A stretch of DNA of 64,000 nt from Verrucomicrobiales bacterium. Its GTDB lineage: Bacteria > Verrucomicrobiota > Verrucomicrobiia > Limisphaerales > UBA9464. The notes under the pieces are model-generated. The model saw nothing but the letters and a program-made list of their open reading frames with translations, did no database searches and was not told where the DNA came from. The position numbers and the translations under genes are program-made. The stretch lies in contig SYEM01000120.1 in assembly GCA_005801385.1 (NCBI GenBank), forward strand, positions 1,779 through 65,778, given 5' to 3'. Positions 37,311 through 47,616 of the stretch are shown one piece after another. Position 1 is the first letter of the stretch. The number at the start of each line of letters is the position of its first letter.

Positions 37311-40016
37311 ATGAACCCCACCTCCAAGGAGGTCCAGCGACTGGTCGCGGACGCCAATGTCCGCGCTTCGTGGCGGCTCTGGGGGCCCTACCTCGCGGAA
37401 CGACAATGGGGGACGGTCCGGGAGGACTATTCCGCCAATGGAGATGCCTGGGCCTCCGTGTCCCATGACCATGCCCGGTCGAAGGCCTACCGGTGGGGTG
37501 AAGAGGGTCTCGCAGGGCTCAGCGACATCCGCTCACGCCTGTGTCTGGGACTCGCCCTATGGAATGGCAAGGATCCGATCCTCAAGGAACGCCTCTTCGG
37601 ACTCACCAACGCCGAAGGCAACCACGGAGAGGACGTCAAGGAGCTCTACTACTATCTCGACGCCACGCCGACCCATTCCTATCTCAAATATCTCTACAAA
37701 TATCCCCAACGGGCGTTCCCCTACGCCCAACTTGTCGACGAGAACCGCAGACGGGCCAAGGAGTCCCCGGAATACGAACTCCTCGACACCGGGATCTTCG
37801 ACGAGGACCGCTACTTCGATGTGTTCGTCGAGTATGCGAAGGCATCCGTCGACGACATTCTGATGCGGATCACGGTTCACAACAGGGGGGCCGAGCCCGC
37901 GACGCTGCATGTCCTGCCACATCTCTGGTGTCGGAACATCTGGTCATGGCGCAAGGGCATCGCTAAGCCGGAGCTCCGTCAGACCGGACCTGGCCGGATC
38001 CACGCGAGTGGTGTCTATCAGTCCGACTATGAACTGGTCTGCGAAAACGCGCCCGCCCTGCTCTTCACCGAGAACGAGACCAATCGCCGCCGACTCTATG
38101 GCGAGGCCCTCGCATCCGGCTTCTTCAAGGATGGCATCAACGACGCGGTCGTCGGGGGGCGGGTCCACACCGTCAATCCCGCCCATACTGGCACCAAGGC
38201 TGCCGCCCACTATGTCCTGACCCTCGGACCGTCGGGTTCCGCTGAGGTCCGACTGCGCCTCAAGGCGGTTGCGAAATCCGCCGGGGCAGGTCGCACAGCG
38301 CGAGGCGGAAAATCGAAGCCGGCAGGTGACGGGTTTGCGGATTTCGAGGAGATCCTGACCCGGCGTCGGGCCGAGGCGGATGAGTTCTATGACGGGCTTC
38401 AAGAAGGCATGGCCGATCCGGATGCACGACGGATCCAACGCCAGGCGTTTGCGGGAATGGTCTGGTCCCGTCAGTTCTACCGGTACCACGTCCACCGCTG
38501 GCTCACGGGGGATCCGGACCAGCCGGCGCCGCCCGAGGTGCGTCGACAGGGACGAAACCGGGACTGGACCCATCTCAATGCGGGCGATGTCCTGTCGATG
38601 CCCGACAAGTGGGAGTTTCCCTGGTTTGCCTCGTGGGACCTCGCCTTCCACTGCATCCCACAGGCCATCATCGACCCCGAGTTCGCCAAGGCTCAGCTCG
38701 TGCTGCTGACCCGTGAGTGGTACATGCATCCGAACGGCGAGCTTCCGGCCTATGAGTGGAGCTTCAGCGACGCCAATCCTCCGGTGCATGCGTGGGCGAC
38801 GTGGAGGGTGTTCCAGATGGATCGGAAGGCCCGCAGGCTCCTCGATCCCAAGGACCCGGGCGACCTCGCCTTCCTCGAACGGGTCTTCCACAAGCTGCTG
38901 CTGAACTTCACCTGGTGGGTCAACCGCAAGGACACCCAGGGGAAGAACATCTTTCAGGGCGGATTCCTGGGTCTCGACAACATCGGTGTCTTCGATCGCA
39001 GCGCCAAGCTGCCGCCGGGTGTCCACATCAACCAAGCCGACGCTACCAGCTGGATGGCGATGTACTCGCTGAACCTGATGCGCATCGCATTGGAGCTGGC
39101 GTGCCACAACCGCGCCTACGGGGACATCGCTTCCAAGTTTTTCGAGCATTTCCTTGGCATCGCGGCCGCCATCAACGGTGTGGGTGAGGAGGCGATGGGA
39201 CTCTGGGACGAGCAGGACGAGTTCTACTACGACCAGATCCAGCTGCCGGACCAGCCGGCAATCCCGCTCAAGGTCCGGTCCATGGTGGGTCTCATCCCTC
39301 TCTTCGCCGTTGAGACGCTGGGGGAGGAGCTGCTCGACACGCTGCCGCACTTCAAGGAGCGCATGCTGTGGTTCCTCGAGCATCGACCCGACCTCGCCGC
39401 ACTCGTCTCGCGCTGGCACGAGACGGGCCGTGGCGATCGTCACCTCCTCTCGCTCCTGCGGGGGCACCGCATGAAATGCCTCCTGCGCCGGCTCCTCGAC
39501 CCCGAGGAATTCCTGTCGGACTTCGGCATCCGTTCACTGTCGAAGGTCCATGAAAAGGCCCCCTACCGGTTCGAGTCCAATGGCGAGTCCTTCGAGATCG
39601 GATACGTGCCCGGGGAATCCCGAGGCCATCTGTTCGGGGGCAATTCCAACTGGCGCGGTCCGATCTGGATGCCGGTGAACTTCCTCATCATCGAATCCCT
39701 CCAGAGGTTCCACCACTACTACGGCGACGACTTCAAGGTGGAGTATCCGACCGGCAGTGGCCACCACGCCACCCTGGATCAGATAGCGACCGATCTGGGC
39801 CGCCGGCTGTCGCGACTCTTCCTTCGTGATTCCGAAGGGCATCGTCCCGTGCTGGCGGCCCACCCGAAGCTTTCGAGGGATCCCCATTTCTCGGATTACC
39901 TCCTGTTCCACGAGTACTTCCACGGAGACACGGGTCGAGGATGTGGGGCCAGTCATCAGACGGGGTGGACCGGCCTCATCACCAAGCTGCTGATGCCGCG
40001 ACGCACCCTGGAGTAG
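37311..40016 (+). CDS. GH63-like (MGH1-type) six-hairpin glycoside hydrolase
   Basis: Characteristic N-terminus ([27 protein letters not shown]...[53 protein letters not shown]) and catalytic-domain blocks ([22 protein letters not shown]). Confidence 0.75.
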   Translation: MNPTSKEVQRLVADANVRASWRLWGPYLAERQWGTVREDYSANGDAWASVSHDHARSKAYRWGEEGLAGLSDIRSRLCLGLALWNGKDPILKERLFGLTNAEGNHGEDVKELYYYLDATPTHSYLKYLYKYPQRAFPYAQLVDENRRRAKESPEYELLDTGIFDEDRYFDVFVEYAKASVDDILMRITVHNRGAEPATLHVLPHLWCRNIWSWRKGIAKPELRQTGPGRIHASGVYQSDYELVCENAPALLFTENETNRRRLYGEALASGFFKDGINDAVVGGRVHTVNPAHTGTKAAAHYVLTLGPSGSAEVRLRLKAVAKSAGAGRTARGGKSKPAGDGFADFEEILTRRRAEADEFYDGLQEGMADPDARRIQRQAFAGMVWSRQFYRYHVHRWLTGDPDQPAPPEVRRQGRNRDWTHLNAGDVLSMPDKWEFPWFASWDLAFHCIPQAIIDPEFAKAQLVLLTREWYMHPNGELPAYEWSFSDANPPVHAWATWRVFQMDRKARRLLDPKDPGDLAFLERVFHKLLLNFTWWVNRKDTQGKNIFQGGFLGLDNIGVFDRSAKLPPGVHINQADATSWMAMYSLNLMRIALELACHNRAYGDIASKFFEHFLGIAAAINGVGEEAMGLWDEQDEFYYDQIQLPDQPAIPLKVRSMVGLIPLFAVETLGEELLDTLPHFKERMLWFLEHRPDLAALVSRWHETGRGDRHLLSLLRGHRMKCLLRRLLDPEEFLSDFGIRSLSKVHEKAPYRFESNGESFEIGYVPGESRGHLFGGNSNWRGPIWMPVNFLIIESLQRFHHYYGDDFKVEYPTGSGHHATLDQIATDLGRRLSRLFLRDSEGHRPVLAAHPKLSRDPHFSDYLLFHEYFHGDTGRGCGASHQTGWTGLITKLLMPRRTLE

Positions 40017-40116
40017 CAGGGTCGGAGGTAGTGATCCGGGGAGGCACGGGCGCCTGGCAGCAAGGGACTTGGGCCTTGGTTTCGTCGGGACCGTTTCGGA
40101 CACTCTGGGTCCATCC

Positions 40117-41523
40117 ATGAGATACCGCGCCGCTCTTCTCCTCGCCTTCTTTTGGGCTGTGGTCCGATCCAGCGCAGCCGATCGTCCGCCCAACATTGTC
40201 GTGGTCTTCTTCGACGACCTGGGCTGGGGTGATCTTGGTGCCTTCGGTGCGACCCGGATCCGCACACCCCATTTGGACCGTCTTGCAGCCGAGGGGACCC
40301 GATTCACGAGCTTCTATGTCGCCCAGCCCGTCTGCTCTGCATCCCGGGCTTCCCTCCTCACCGGATGCTATGCCAATCGGATTGGGATCCATGGTGCCCT
40401 GTTCCCCGGGGCGCCTACGGGCATCCACGCCGGCGAGACGACGCTGGCTGAGGTCCTCAAGGCGCGGGGCTACACCACCGGGATGGTCGGTAAATGGCAT
40501 TTGGGAAGTCAGCCGCAGTTCCTTCCTGTCCGACATGGCTTCGACGACTACCTCGGGCTGCCGTACTCGAACGACATGTGGTCCAACCATCCCACAGCCA
40601 AGCCGGGCAGCTATCCGCCGTTGCCGTTGTTCGATGGGGACCGCGTGGTGGAGACCCAGCCCGATCAGCGGTTCCTCACGGAGCGGTATACCCGGCGCGC
40701 GGTGGACTTCATCGATCGCCATCGGGACTCCCCCTTCTTCCTCTATGTCGCGCATTCCATGCCTCACGTGCCTCTGCACGTGAGTCCACGTCGACAGAAC
40801 CGGTCCGCCGCCGGGGTCTATGGCGATGTGATCGAGGAACTCGACGAATCCGTCGGCGTGTTGATGGAGGCTCTTCAGCGGAATGGTCTCGAGGACAACA
40901 CCTGGGTGGTGGTCACCTCGGACAACGGCCCTTGGCTGAGCTACGGCAACCACGCCGGATTGGCGGGGCCCTTCCGGGAGGGCAAGGGCACGGTCTATGA
41001 GGGTGGGATCCGAGTGCCCTGCATCATGCGGTGGCCTGGCCACATTCCAGCCGGACGGTCGTGCACGGCACCGCTCATGACCATCGACCTGCTCCCGACC
41101 ATCGCCCATCGGGTGGGCGCAGCATTGCCGGGGAGACGGATCGATGGACATGACGTCTGGCCGGTGGTGACAGGGACCGGTCTCGGTCCGGAACGCACCT
41201 ATTGGTTCTATTACCTCCAGAACCAGCTTCAGGCGGTCCGGAAGGGCAGATGGAAGCTGATCCTCCCCCATGCTGTCGGTGTGCTGGAGGGACGTCCTGG
41301 CGGGAGGGACGGCCGGCCCGTGGCCTATACCCAGACCAGGACGGGGCTCGCGCTCTATGATCTTGAATCCGATCCGGGTGAGACGCGGGATCGATCGAAA
41401 CTGAATCCCCGGGTGCTCCGGCGCATGTTGCGGGAGGTCGAGCTGGCACGACAGGAACTTGGGGATTCGCTGGCGGGTCGATCGGGTTGCGGCACCCGTG
41501 AGCCGGGTCGGGCAGAGCCCTGA
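40117..41523 (+). CDS. sulfatase (Cys-type formylglycine)
   Basis: Signal peptide. PNIVVVFFDDLGWGDLG. FGly motif CSASRASLLTG. GKWHLG. ATG at 40117 (MRYRAALLLAFFWAVV) is preferred. Confidence 0.9.
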   Translation: MRYRAALLLAFFWAVVRSSAADRPPNIVVVFFDDLGWGDLGAFGATRIRTPHLDRLAAEGTRFTSFYVAQPVCSASRASLLTGCYANRIGIHGALFPGAPTGIHAGETTLAEVLKARGYTTGMVGKWHLGSQPQFLPVRHGFDDYLGLPYSNDMWSNHPTAKPGSYPPLPLFDGDRVVETQPDQRFLTERYTRRAVDFIDRHRDSPFFLYVAHSMPHVPLHVSPRRQNRSAAGVYGDVIEELDESVGVLMEALQRNGLEDNTWVVVTSDNGPWLSYGNHAGLAGPFREGKGTVYEGGIRVPCIMRWPGHIPAGRSCTAPLMTIDLLPTIAHRVGAALPGRRIDGHDVWPVVTGTGLGPERTYWFYYLQNQLQAVRKGRWKLILPHAVGVLEGRPGGRDGRPVAYTQTRTGLALYDLESDPGETRDRSKLNPRVLRRMLREVELARQELGDSLAGRSGCGTREPGRAEP

Positions 41524-41540
41524 TCCCTGGCGACGGGAAC

Positions 41541-41572
41541 AAAAAGGGTGGCCACCCTGGGGATGGCCACCC
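41541..41572 (-). terminator. intrinsic terminator-like hairpin between convergent genes
   Basis: GGGTGGCC (41546-41553) pairs with GGCCACCC (41565-41572), an 8-bp GC stem. On the minus strand it is followed by TTTTT (41545-41541), 40 nt downstream of the stop of the 41612-42043 gene. On the plus strand it is followed by a GT-rich tract, so it may act in both directions. Confidence 0.5.
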
Positions 41573-41611
41573 GTGTTGTTGGGTTGGGTTGGATCCGAGC
41601 GCTGGGTGGGA

Positions 41612-42043
41612 TCAGGTGCCAGCGGCAACCTCGGCCGGGTCCGCCTTGTCCTTGCCGGGACCGGTCTTGGCCACCTTGGGGCCGAAGCTCGCCTTGATGA
41701 CGATCCGTTGTCCGTCCTCGTCGATCTGACACAGGCCGCGGGCCTCGTCGCCGGTGGCGATGTCCTCAATCGCTGCGGGTTGTCCCGCCTTCTCGATCTG
41801 GGTGTCGGCCGAGAGCTGGAAGACCCGTTGCTTCGGTCCACTGAGGGTGAACGTCTTCTTCTGGGCATCCATGGCGGCGACCTTCCCCCGGAACGGGACG
41901 GTGCGGTTGAACTTACGGGTTCCCGCCTCCTTCGCGGTGGTGGAGGAGGCGGCGGGTTTCTCCGCGCCGGCGGCGCGGACGTTGGGTTGGGTCGTGATCG
42001 CCGCCAGGAGCAGCGCCACGAGCATCAGCAGTGATGTGTTCAT
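41612..42043 (-). CDS. small secreted hypothetical protein
   Basis: ATG at 42043 gives the signal peptide MNTSLLMLVALLLAAITTQPNVRAAGA. 143 aa with a beta-rich body. No family recognised. Confidence 0.45.
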   Translation of the reverse strand: MNTSLLMLVALLLAAITTQPNVRAAGAEKPAASSTTAKEAGTRKFNRTVPFRGKVAAMDAQKKTFTLSGPKQRVFQLSADTQIEKAGQPAAIEDIATGDEARGLCQIDEDGQRIVIKASFGPKVAKTGPGKDKADPAEVAAGT

Positions 42044-42160
42044 GTTGTTTTGGGGTGCCACCGCGTAAAATGCGGCGTCACATGAACACGCTGCACCATT
42101 TCGAAGGGCCTCCACCATCGCCAGATTTAGGGAGGCGACGAGGAGTCCGGAACGGGTATC

Positions 42161-42607
42161 CTACGGGGCTGCCCCGGACGCAGCCTGGGGCGTGAAATCG
42201 ACAGACCCCCGGGCGCCAGCGGCCTCGACCTCGAGCCGATACACCGTGCCCGGGACGAGCGCCGAGGCGGTCGATCCACCGATACGTCGCAGTCCCTCGA
42301 CCTCATCGCCATAGGCAAATCCTCGGGTCGGGGCCGATCCCTTGTCCGACGCGAGGCTCCAGACCCATCGGGGCCTCGCGTTTGTGATCTCGGCGACGGG
42401 TGCGACCCGGACCCTGGTGAGCGACCATTCCCGATCCAGTCCGAAGATGATGGGAAGGGCTTCCCCGGGAGCGAGTCCTGGCGCGAAGGGTCGGGAGGTC
42501 ACATTGATTTGAATTTGTTGGTTCCGTCCCAAGTCCGTGAAGCCGAACAGGTAGGCGATGCCGAGCAGCACCGCCACCACCACCAGGACCCAGGAGTTTC
42601 TCGTCAT
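42161..42607 (-). CDS. membrane-anchored hypothetical protein
   Basis: ATG at 42607 gives MTRNSWVLVVVAVLLGIAYLFGF (an N-terminal anchor). 148 aa. Divergent from the prepilin-like gene at 42690. Confidence 0.45.
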   Translation of the reverse strand: MTRNSWVLVVVAVLLGIAYLFGFTDLGRNQQIQINVTSRPFAPGLAPGEALPIIFGLDREWSLTRVRVAPVAEITNARPRWVWSLASDKGSAPTRGFAYGDEVEGLRRIGGSTASALVPGTVYRLEVEAAGARGSVDFTPQAASGAAP

Positions 42608-42689
42608 ATCCAAATCCAGACCGACGCCCTTCCGGGACGTCGGAGGTCGGGAATCGATTCGATGAATCTCCCGGTCCAACCGCTGAATC

Positions 42690-43466
42690 ATGCGTCCGAC
42701 GAGATACCATCCACCGCGACAGCACGGAGCCTTCACGCTCATCGAGCTGCTCGTGGTGATTGCCATCATCGCGATCCTTGCCGGGATGCTGCTTCCTTCG
42801 CTTGGAAAGGCGAAGTCCGCAGCCCAGCGGATCGCATGTGTCAACCAGGTCCGCCAACTCGGCCTCTCCGCCACCCTCTATGCCGGTGAGAATTCCGGGC
42901 AGTTTCCGGAGCGTTCGATCACGAATCGCTGGCCGGAGCGCCTGTTCCCGATCTTCCGCTCGGTGAAGATCCTGGTGTGCCCCTCCGACATCGGGACGGA
43001 TCCTACGACCGGCAAATCAGGAAACCGTCCAGCCACTGCGATCCAGGATCCCACCGCCGTCGCTGATTCCGCGCCGCGGTCCTTCATCATCAATGGCTGG
43101 AACGACCAGTTTGCCCTCGAGATGGGAGATGCGTTCAACATGGGATCGATCCTCAACCGGACCATCCGTGAGGGTGTCATCCGTGAACCAAGCGAGACCG
43201 TCCTGTTTGGCGAAAAACTCCACTCGAGTGGGCATTTCTTCATGGATTTCCTCGAGGGCAAGCTGGGCAACGACGTCGAGACCCTGAACCACAGCGTCCA
43301 CGGCAGCACTGTCCGGGGTGCCCAGGGGGGGCGGGGCGGAGGATCCAATTTTGCGTTCACCGATGGCAGCGTCCGCTACCTCAAGCACGGACGTTCCCTT
43401 GTGCCCGTCAATCTGTGGGCTGTGACCGAGCGGTGGCGAACGAATGCCATCAACGTCGCCCCCTGA
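42690..43466 (+). CDS. prepilin-type N-terminal cleavage/methylation domain protein (DUF1559-like)
   Basis: [14 protein letters not shown]|[44 protein letters not shown]. The C-terminus contains [11 protein letters not shown]. Confidence 0.8.
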   Translation: MRPTRYHPPRQHGAFTLIELLVVIAIIAILAGMLLPSLGKAKSAAQRIACVNQVRQLGLSATLYAGENSGQFPERSITNRWPERLFPIFRSVKILVCPSDIGTDPTTGKSGNRPATAIQDPTAVADSAPRSFIINGWNDQFALEMGDAFNMGSILNRTIREGVIREPSETVLFGEKLHSSGHFFMDFLEGKLGNDVETLNHSVHGSTVRGAQGGRGGGSNFAFTDGSVRYLKHGRSLVPVNLWAVTERWRTNAINVAP

Positions 43467-43661
43467 GGTTCTGGCGAGGGTTCTCTTTTTGGACACTCAC
43501 CGGACGCCACGGTCCTTTCCGCAACAGAGGGACAGGATTGGCATCCGAGTTGCACACCTTCTGGGGCCAGTAGGGATGCTGGGTGGTATCCCGATCTGGT
43601 TCTGGGTTGGATGGTCCGTCCTGGCGCAAGCAGGGGCGGACTTTCCGTTTCCAGCCCGGGA

Positions 43662-44897
43662 TCAAGACGCCATGGATCGGATCCACCGTGTGAGAGCCAC
43701 CACATTCAGGGCGGCCTTGGGCACGAAGGAGCCTCGGTCGACGTACTCCGGGAGCTTCGTCCCATCGGTGCTGCGTTCTGAACAGTGGTCGTTGTCCCCG
43801 GAGGGTCCCAGTCCGTCGAGGGTGGGGAAATGCGCGCAGAGATGGTTGCCATCGCTCAACCCGCCCCGGGATTCCGACCCCACCTCGATCCCGAGGTCGC
43901 GTCCGGCCGCCTCCCAGTGGGCGAAGAGTCCGTCGGTTCCGGGATTCCGTGGCCAGGGGGCGGTCTCGGTCAGGATCTCCATCTCGACCTGGCAGCGGAA
44001 CCCATCAACGGGGCTGTGGACATCACCTGGACCGGACATTGCCAGGAGGGCGTTGCGTCCGTGCTGGTAGGCCTCCTGGGTGAACGCCCGGAATTCACCC
44101 TCGGCTTCGGCGGACTGGGGGACCCGGTTCAGGCCTGTCCCGCCGCGGACGAGACCCACATTCACGGTGAGTTGGCGAGAGTCGTCGTTGATGGTGTGGA
44201 TTCGGTCCAGGAGACGCCCGAGCTGGACGATCGCGTTGGCACCCGCGGTGGGTCGCACCCCGGCGTGGGCGCTCCGTCCGGTTACCCGGAGCCGCCAGGT
44301 TCCCCGACCCTTCCGGGCAACGACGATTCGGGGGCCTTGCGGACCCTTGCCTTCCGCCTCGAATACGAGGACGCCGCGGGTGTCGGGGCCGAGGCGTTGG
44401 GTGCAGACCGTCTCGAAGTCGGGCGACAGCATCTCTTCGGAGGAGTTCCAGAACAGCTTCCAGGTGACTCTCCCAAAGGCCTCGGGCTCGAACTCCCTCA
44501 AGGCCATGAGGGTGAGCCAGAGCACGATGGTGCCGCCCTTGATATCGTGGGTGCCGGGTCCGTAGATCCGGTCGCCCTCCGGCTGCCAGTGGAACTGGTT
44601 GCGTTCCTCCTCCTCGGGCGGGAACACGGTGTCGAGATGGGAAACGCAGGCGACGGTGCCCCACCCGGTGCCGGCCCGGGTGAGCACGAGGTGTGGACCC
44701 CATTCCGGATTGCTGGATGGCACCCGTTCAGCCTCGAACCCCAGTCCGCGGAAGGTCTCGGCGGTGAGGTCGCCCACCTTGCGGACTCCGTCTGGATTCT
44801 GGGTCCAGCTATTGGTCTCCACCATGCGCCGGAGCAGGCCCATGGCTTCAGGGAGGCGGTCTTGAAGCCACGGGGTCAGGTCCTTGGAGCTGCGCAT
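43662..44897 (-). CDS. M20-family metallopeptidase (carboxypeptidase G2-like)
   Basis: SHLDTVFP, YGPGTHDIKGG, RKGRGTWRLRVTGRSAHAG and GGLSDGN are metal-binding and dimerisation-domain blocks of the M20 family. Confidence 0.8.
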   Translation of the reverse strand: MRSSKDLTPWLQDRLPEAMGLLRRMVETNSWTQNPDGVRKVGDLTAETFRGLGFEAERVPSSNPEWGPHLVLTRAGTGWGTVACVSHLDTVFPPEEEERNQFHWQPEGDRIYGPGTHDIKGGTIVLWLTLMALREFEPEAFGRVTWKLFWNSSEEMLSPDFETVCTQRLGPDTRGVLVFEAEGKGPQGPRIVVARKGRGTWRLRVTGRSAHAGVRPTAGANAIVQLGRLLDRIHTINDDSRQLTVNVGLVRGGTGLNRVPQSAEAEGEFRAFTQEAYQHGRNALLAMSGPGDVHSPVDGFRCQVEMEILTETAPWPRNPGTDGLFAHWEAAGRDLGIEVGSESRGGLSDGNHLCAHFPTLDGLGPSGDNDHCSERSTDGTKLPEYVDRGSFVPKAALNVVALTRWIRSMAS

Positions 44898-44957
44898 CCC
44901 CGACCCTCCGGCGGTCCCGCATCGGCGTCAATCGACCTGAACCGGGTCTGTACCGCG

Positions 44958-45425
44958 AAGCGGTTGGCGGTGGGCCCCCTCACCCCATGACCTGACCCCA
45001 GAGGCGTATCCTACCCCGTAGGCATATCTGAGGCGCAGGTCGCGGGAGAAACGGGTTTGGGGACAGGTCACCTACGAGCGCTGCCTGGGTTGGGGATGGA
45101 GCAGGAAGAGAGACAGGTCCCAGGTCTGCCTGAAAAGGTTGCGCGATGCGGTGGGGCCCACCCCCGACCCGTGACCTGACCCCAGAGACAGGGGATGCTG
45201 CAGGAAACAGGCTTCAGACTGGACCGTGGAGTTTCTAGAATAACGTTAACCTCATCCTAGGATTGATGGAAGATCTGGGTTTAGACCACCGGTTTTGAGG
45301 AAAAGACTGTGTTGGGGAACCGAGGTCGGATCATCTGTCGGAACTGGCCGGGGAAACTGGGGCCATCTATCGGGAGCCCTTCCGGGTCGGAACATAGGGG
45401 GACAGGAGCATAGGGGGACAGGTCA
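44958..45425. repeat. non-coding repeat region: ~50-nt direct repeat x2, plus TGACCTG[A/T]CCCC motif copies in both orientations
   Basis: Direct repeat GGTTG..GCGGTGGG(G)CCC..CCCC..TGACCTGACCCCAGAG occurs at ~44958-45005 and ~45134-45190. Plus-orientation motif copies lie at 44988 and 45172. Reverse copies (GGGGACAGGTCA) lie at 45059 and 45414, with degenerate copies at 45109 and 45397. CATAGGGGGACAGG is tandemly repeated x2 at 45393-45422. Confidence 0.65.
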
Positions 45426-45488
45426 ACAGTTTGGCAAATTCCTCACCGCAGTAGCTGGGAGCCCGGTCAGGACCATTGTCGGCTACCA

Positions 45489-46910
45489 TCACTGGCGGGC
45501 CTCAGCCCGGTGTTTGGCCTGGGAGAGGACCCGGTACTGGAGATCTTTCACCACGAGCCCGCACCACCAGGCCCAGTATTCCGCAGGCCATAACCCATGC
45601 TGGTAGCACGTTGTCCCGATCAGGCGGGTGCCTCCGGAGACCGATGCCAGTTCAAATTCTGCGGACCTGACCTCGTAGTATCCCTTCAGGTGGGGCGCAT
45701 GGAGGTGCTCGTAGATCGAGAGCTCCCTCAGTGGGGTCGGGGTTGTCTCCACCCGGAGTCTGAGACGGTGCGGCGGTTCCCAGACCTCCACCGGTTCGCG
45801 GGCCAATCCGGTGTCGAATTCGCAATAACGGATGGCCCCGATTCCCTGCCCTTCGGTCCAGGCGCGGCGGAAGGTGGCCATACCCAATCGGGACCAGACC
45901 TGTCCATCCGGCGGAATCTCGCTGACATCCACAACCAAGGGCCAGAGCCGCTCTGGGGAAACGGCCACGAAGATTTCGGATCGGACCGTGAACGTCGGAG
46001 GTGCAGGCCTTCCCAAGGGTTCCCCCACCAGCAGGGCCGGCAGGGAAAGGAAGACCACTCCCATCAGGGACGTGTTGGTTTTCCGGGAATTGGCGCGGTG
46101 GATTTCCCAGACGACAGAACCTCCCATCAGGGCCAGCAGGAGGGCAATGGGTGTGGCCATGAAGAGACACACCAACCCCTCGATCGCCAGTCCGAACAAC
46201 AATCCGCCGACACACAGGACTGCGAGACAACTCACCCACTGGACCTCCTTCAGCGTTGCGGGATGACGTCGGAGATAGAGCCAGGTGGAAAGCGCCCCGA
46301 GCACGAAGGGCATCACCACAAACAAAGCCCAACCGTATTCCCCAACCACCCACGTGCTGAGGAGTGTCAGACCCACCCCAGTTGCTCCGGCATAGATTGC
46401 CGACGCCAGAGCACAGCCCCAGCGGGTGGATGGAAGCCATCGGTCCCAGAGCGACTGTCGATCTCCCGCTTGTGGTTGGGGGCCGTTCGCCGCTCTGGAT
46501 CCGGGTACGGTGGAAAGGATCAGGAGAAAAAGAACCCGGACGCCTGGAATCAGGAACAGCAGAGCCCAACGGCGCGACACCCGAGCGTCGAGAAGTCGAC
46601 CCAACGCAAGACAGGCCCCCACCCAAACAAACGGAACCAAGCTCACCCACCCGCTCCAATTCTGGCCTGCGCCCAGGGGGTCAGGGTGAGGGACAGGGAT
46701 GATGCCAAAGGCAAAACAATTGAGGATGACCGCGATCGAGTCGGGTGGATTGTATCCCTGCTGAGCGTAGACGAGGCGCTCGAGATTCAGTCGGAGAAGA
46801 ATGAGTGTCAGGGCAGACGACAGAAAACCAGTCCTACCGAGGGCATGACGGCCCGTCAGGAACCGAAGGAGACTCCGGGCACCGGACGGATGATCTTGTT
46901 GGGAACTCAT
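45489..46910 (-). CDS. polytopic membrane protein with C-terminal SRPBCC (START/polyketide-cyclase-like) domain
   Basis: About 8 hydrophobic segments in the first 300 aa. The C-terminal ~160 aa begin FTVRSEIFVAVSPERLWPLVVDV and end YWAWWCGLVVKDLQYRVL, which is an SRPBCC-like pattern. Confidence 0.55.
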   Translation of the reverse strand: MSSQQDHPSGARSLLRFLTGRHALGRTGFLSSALTLILLRLNLERLVYAQQGYNPPDSIAVILNCFAFGIIPVPHPDPLGAGQNWSGWVSLVPFVWVGACLALGRLLDARVSRRWALLFLIPGVRVLFLLILSTVPGSRAANGPQPQAGDRQSLWDRWLPSTRWGCALASAIYAGATGVGLTLLSTWVVGEYGWALFVVMPFVLGALSTWLYLRRHPATLKEVQWVSCLAVLCVGGLLFGLAIEGLVCLFMATPIALLLALMGGSVVWEIHRANSRKTNTSLMGVVFLSLPALLVGEPLGRPAPPTFTVRSEIFVAVSPERLWPLVVDVSEIPPDGQVWSRLGMATFRRAWTEGQGIGAIRYCEFDTGLAREPVEVWEPPHRLRLRVETTPTPLRELSIYEHLHAPHLKGYYEVRSAEFELASVSGGTRLIGTTCYQHGLWPAEYWAWWCGLVVKDLQYRVLSQAKHRAEARQ

Positions 46911-46930
46911 GACCCGACCCGATGGTCATA

Positions 46931-47257
46931 CTAACGAAGCCCTGCCGACAGCATGGATTGGTCTGGGTGATCCGGATTGTAGTGGACCGGGACACGCCGG
47001 CCTGGTTGCAGCAACATCAGCAGCTCCGCATGCGCCGGCCCAAAACGCGATCCGCCAGCGTGGCAGGGATGGATGAGGTTCCCCTCGTGGCGTTTCCCGT
47101 CCACTTCAAAGGTATAACACACCCGGATTCGGTGGTTCGTGTCCTCGGGACCGGAGACGTCCGGATCGGCGACCGAGAGGAGTGTTGCCTTGGCGGTGGG
47201 CCAGCGGGATGCCCTCAGGCAATCCCAGATCCGGCGGGCGGACCGTGCGGCTATCAC
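46931..47257 (-). CDS. DUF3592-like protein (possibly disrupted; see findings)
   Basis: Body pattern WPTAKATLLSVA...RIRVCYTFEVDGKRHEG...PGRRVPVHYNPDHP is typical of DUF3592. The expected N-terminal TM helix is split by an in-frame TGA at 47282-47284. Confidence 0.5.
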   Translation of the reverse strand: MIAARSARRIWDCLRASRWPTAKATLLSVADPDVSGPEDTNHRIRVCYTFEVDGKRHEGNLIHPCHAGGSRFGPAHAELLMLLQPGRRVPVHYNPDHPDQSMLSAGLR

Positions 47258-47470
47258 AAACCCGGCGATGAACAGGGCGGCTCAAGCTATGAGAACAAAT
47301 GGGGTCATCGCCTTGAAGGGTTTCCCCCTGCCGGTTGGGTCAACACCGGCGGATCGGGGCCGAAGTGTTGTCGATAGGGTCCGGTGTTCGTGGGACTTGT
47401 TGGAGGAAGAAAACCGTTGAACCGGGGTCGGCCACGCCTAGTATCCCGCCGCCCTTCGGGGCACTTTGGT

Positions 47471-47547
47471 CGGGGCGTAGCGTAGCTTGGTAGCGCGTCT
47501 GAATGGGGTTCAGAAGGTCGTGAGTTCAAATCTCACCGCCCCGACCA
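47471..47547 (+). tRNA. tRNA-Pro (anticodon GGG)
   Basis: A 77-nt cloverleaf read by hand. Acceptor CGGGGCG/CGCCCCG. D arm GCGT/GCGC. Anticodon stem TCTGA/TCAGA with loop A-T-GGG-G-T. T arm GTGAG-TTCAAAT-CTCAC. Discriminator A and encoded CCA. Confidence 0.9.
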
Positions 47548-47616
47548 TCGGTCTCCTTCTGTGGATCCGAGCATCCCCAGCGAATCCGATCCCGAGGTCC
47601 CCATTCTTACCCACTA

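Noticed and set aside
45370-45488. Possible degraded rve/DDE transposase tail on the minus strand (VADNGPDRAPSYCGEEFAKLL..LSPYVPTRKGSR*)
   Set aside because: The resemblance to the 'DNG....F..L....PY.P..NGK.ER' integrase block is short and interrupted by stops and frame changes. It is partly generated by the GGGGACAGG repeat itself, and the upstream catalytic region would lie inside another gene. The evidence is insufficient.
47282-47284. TGA recoding (Trp/Gly/Sec) as the explanation for the in-frame stop in the DUF3592-like gene
   Set aside because: TGA is used as an ordinary stop by many well-supported genes in this window (e.g. the secretin, gspJ-like, gspK-like, rsmB, carA and the MFS transporter). 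No SECIS-like context was evident.
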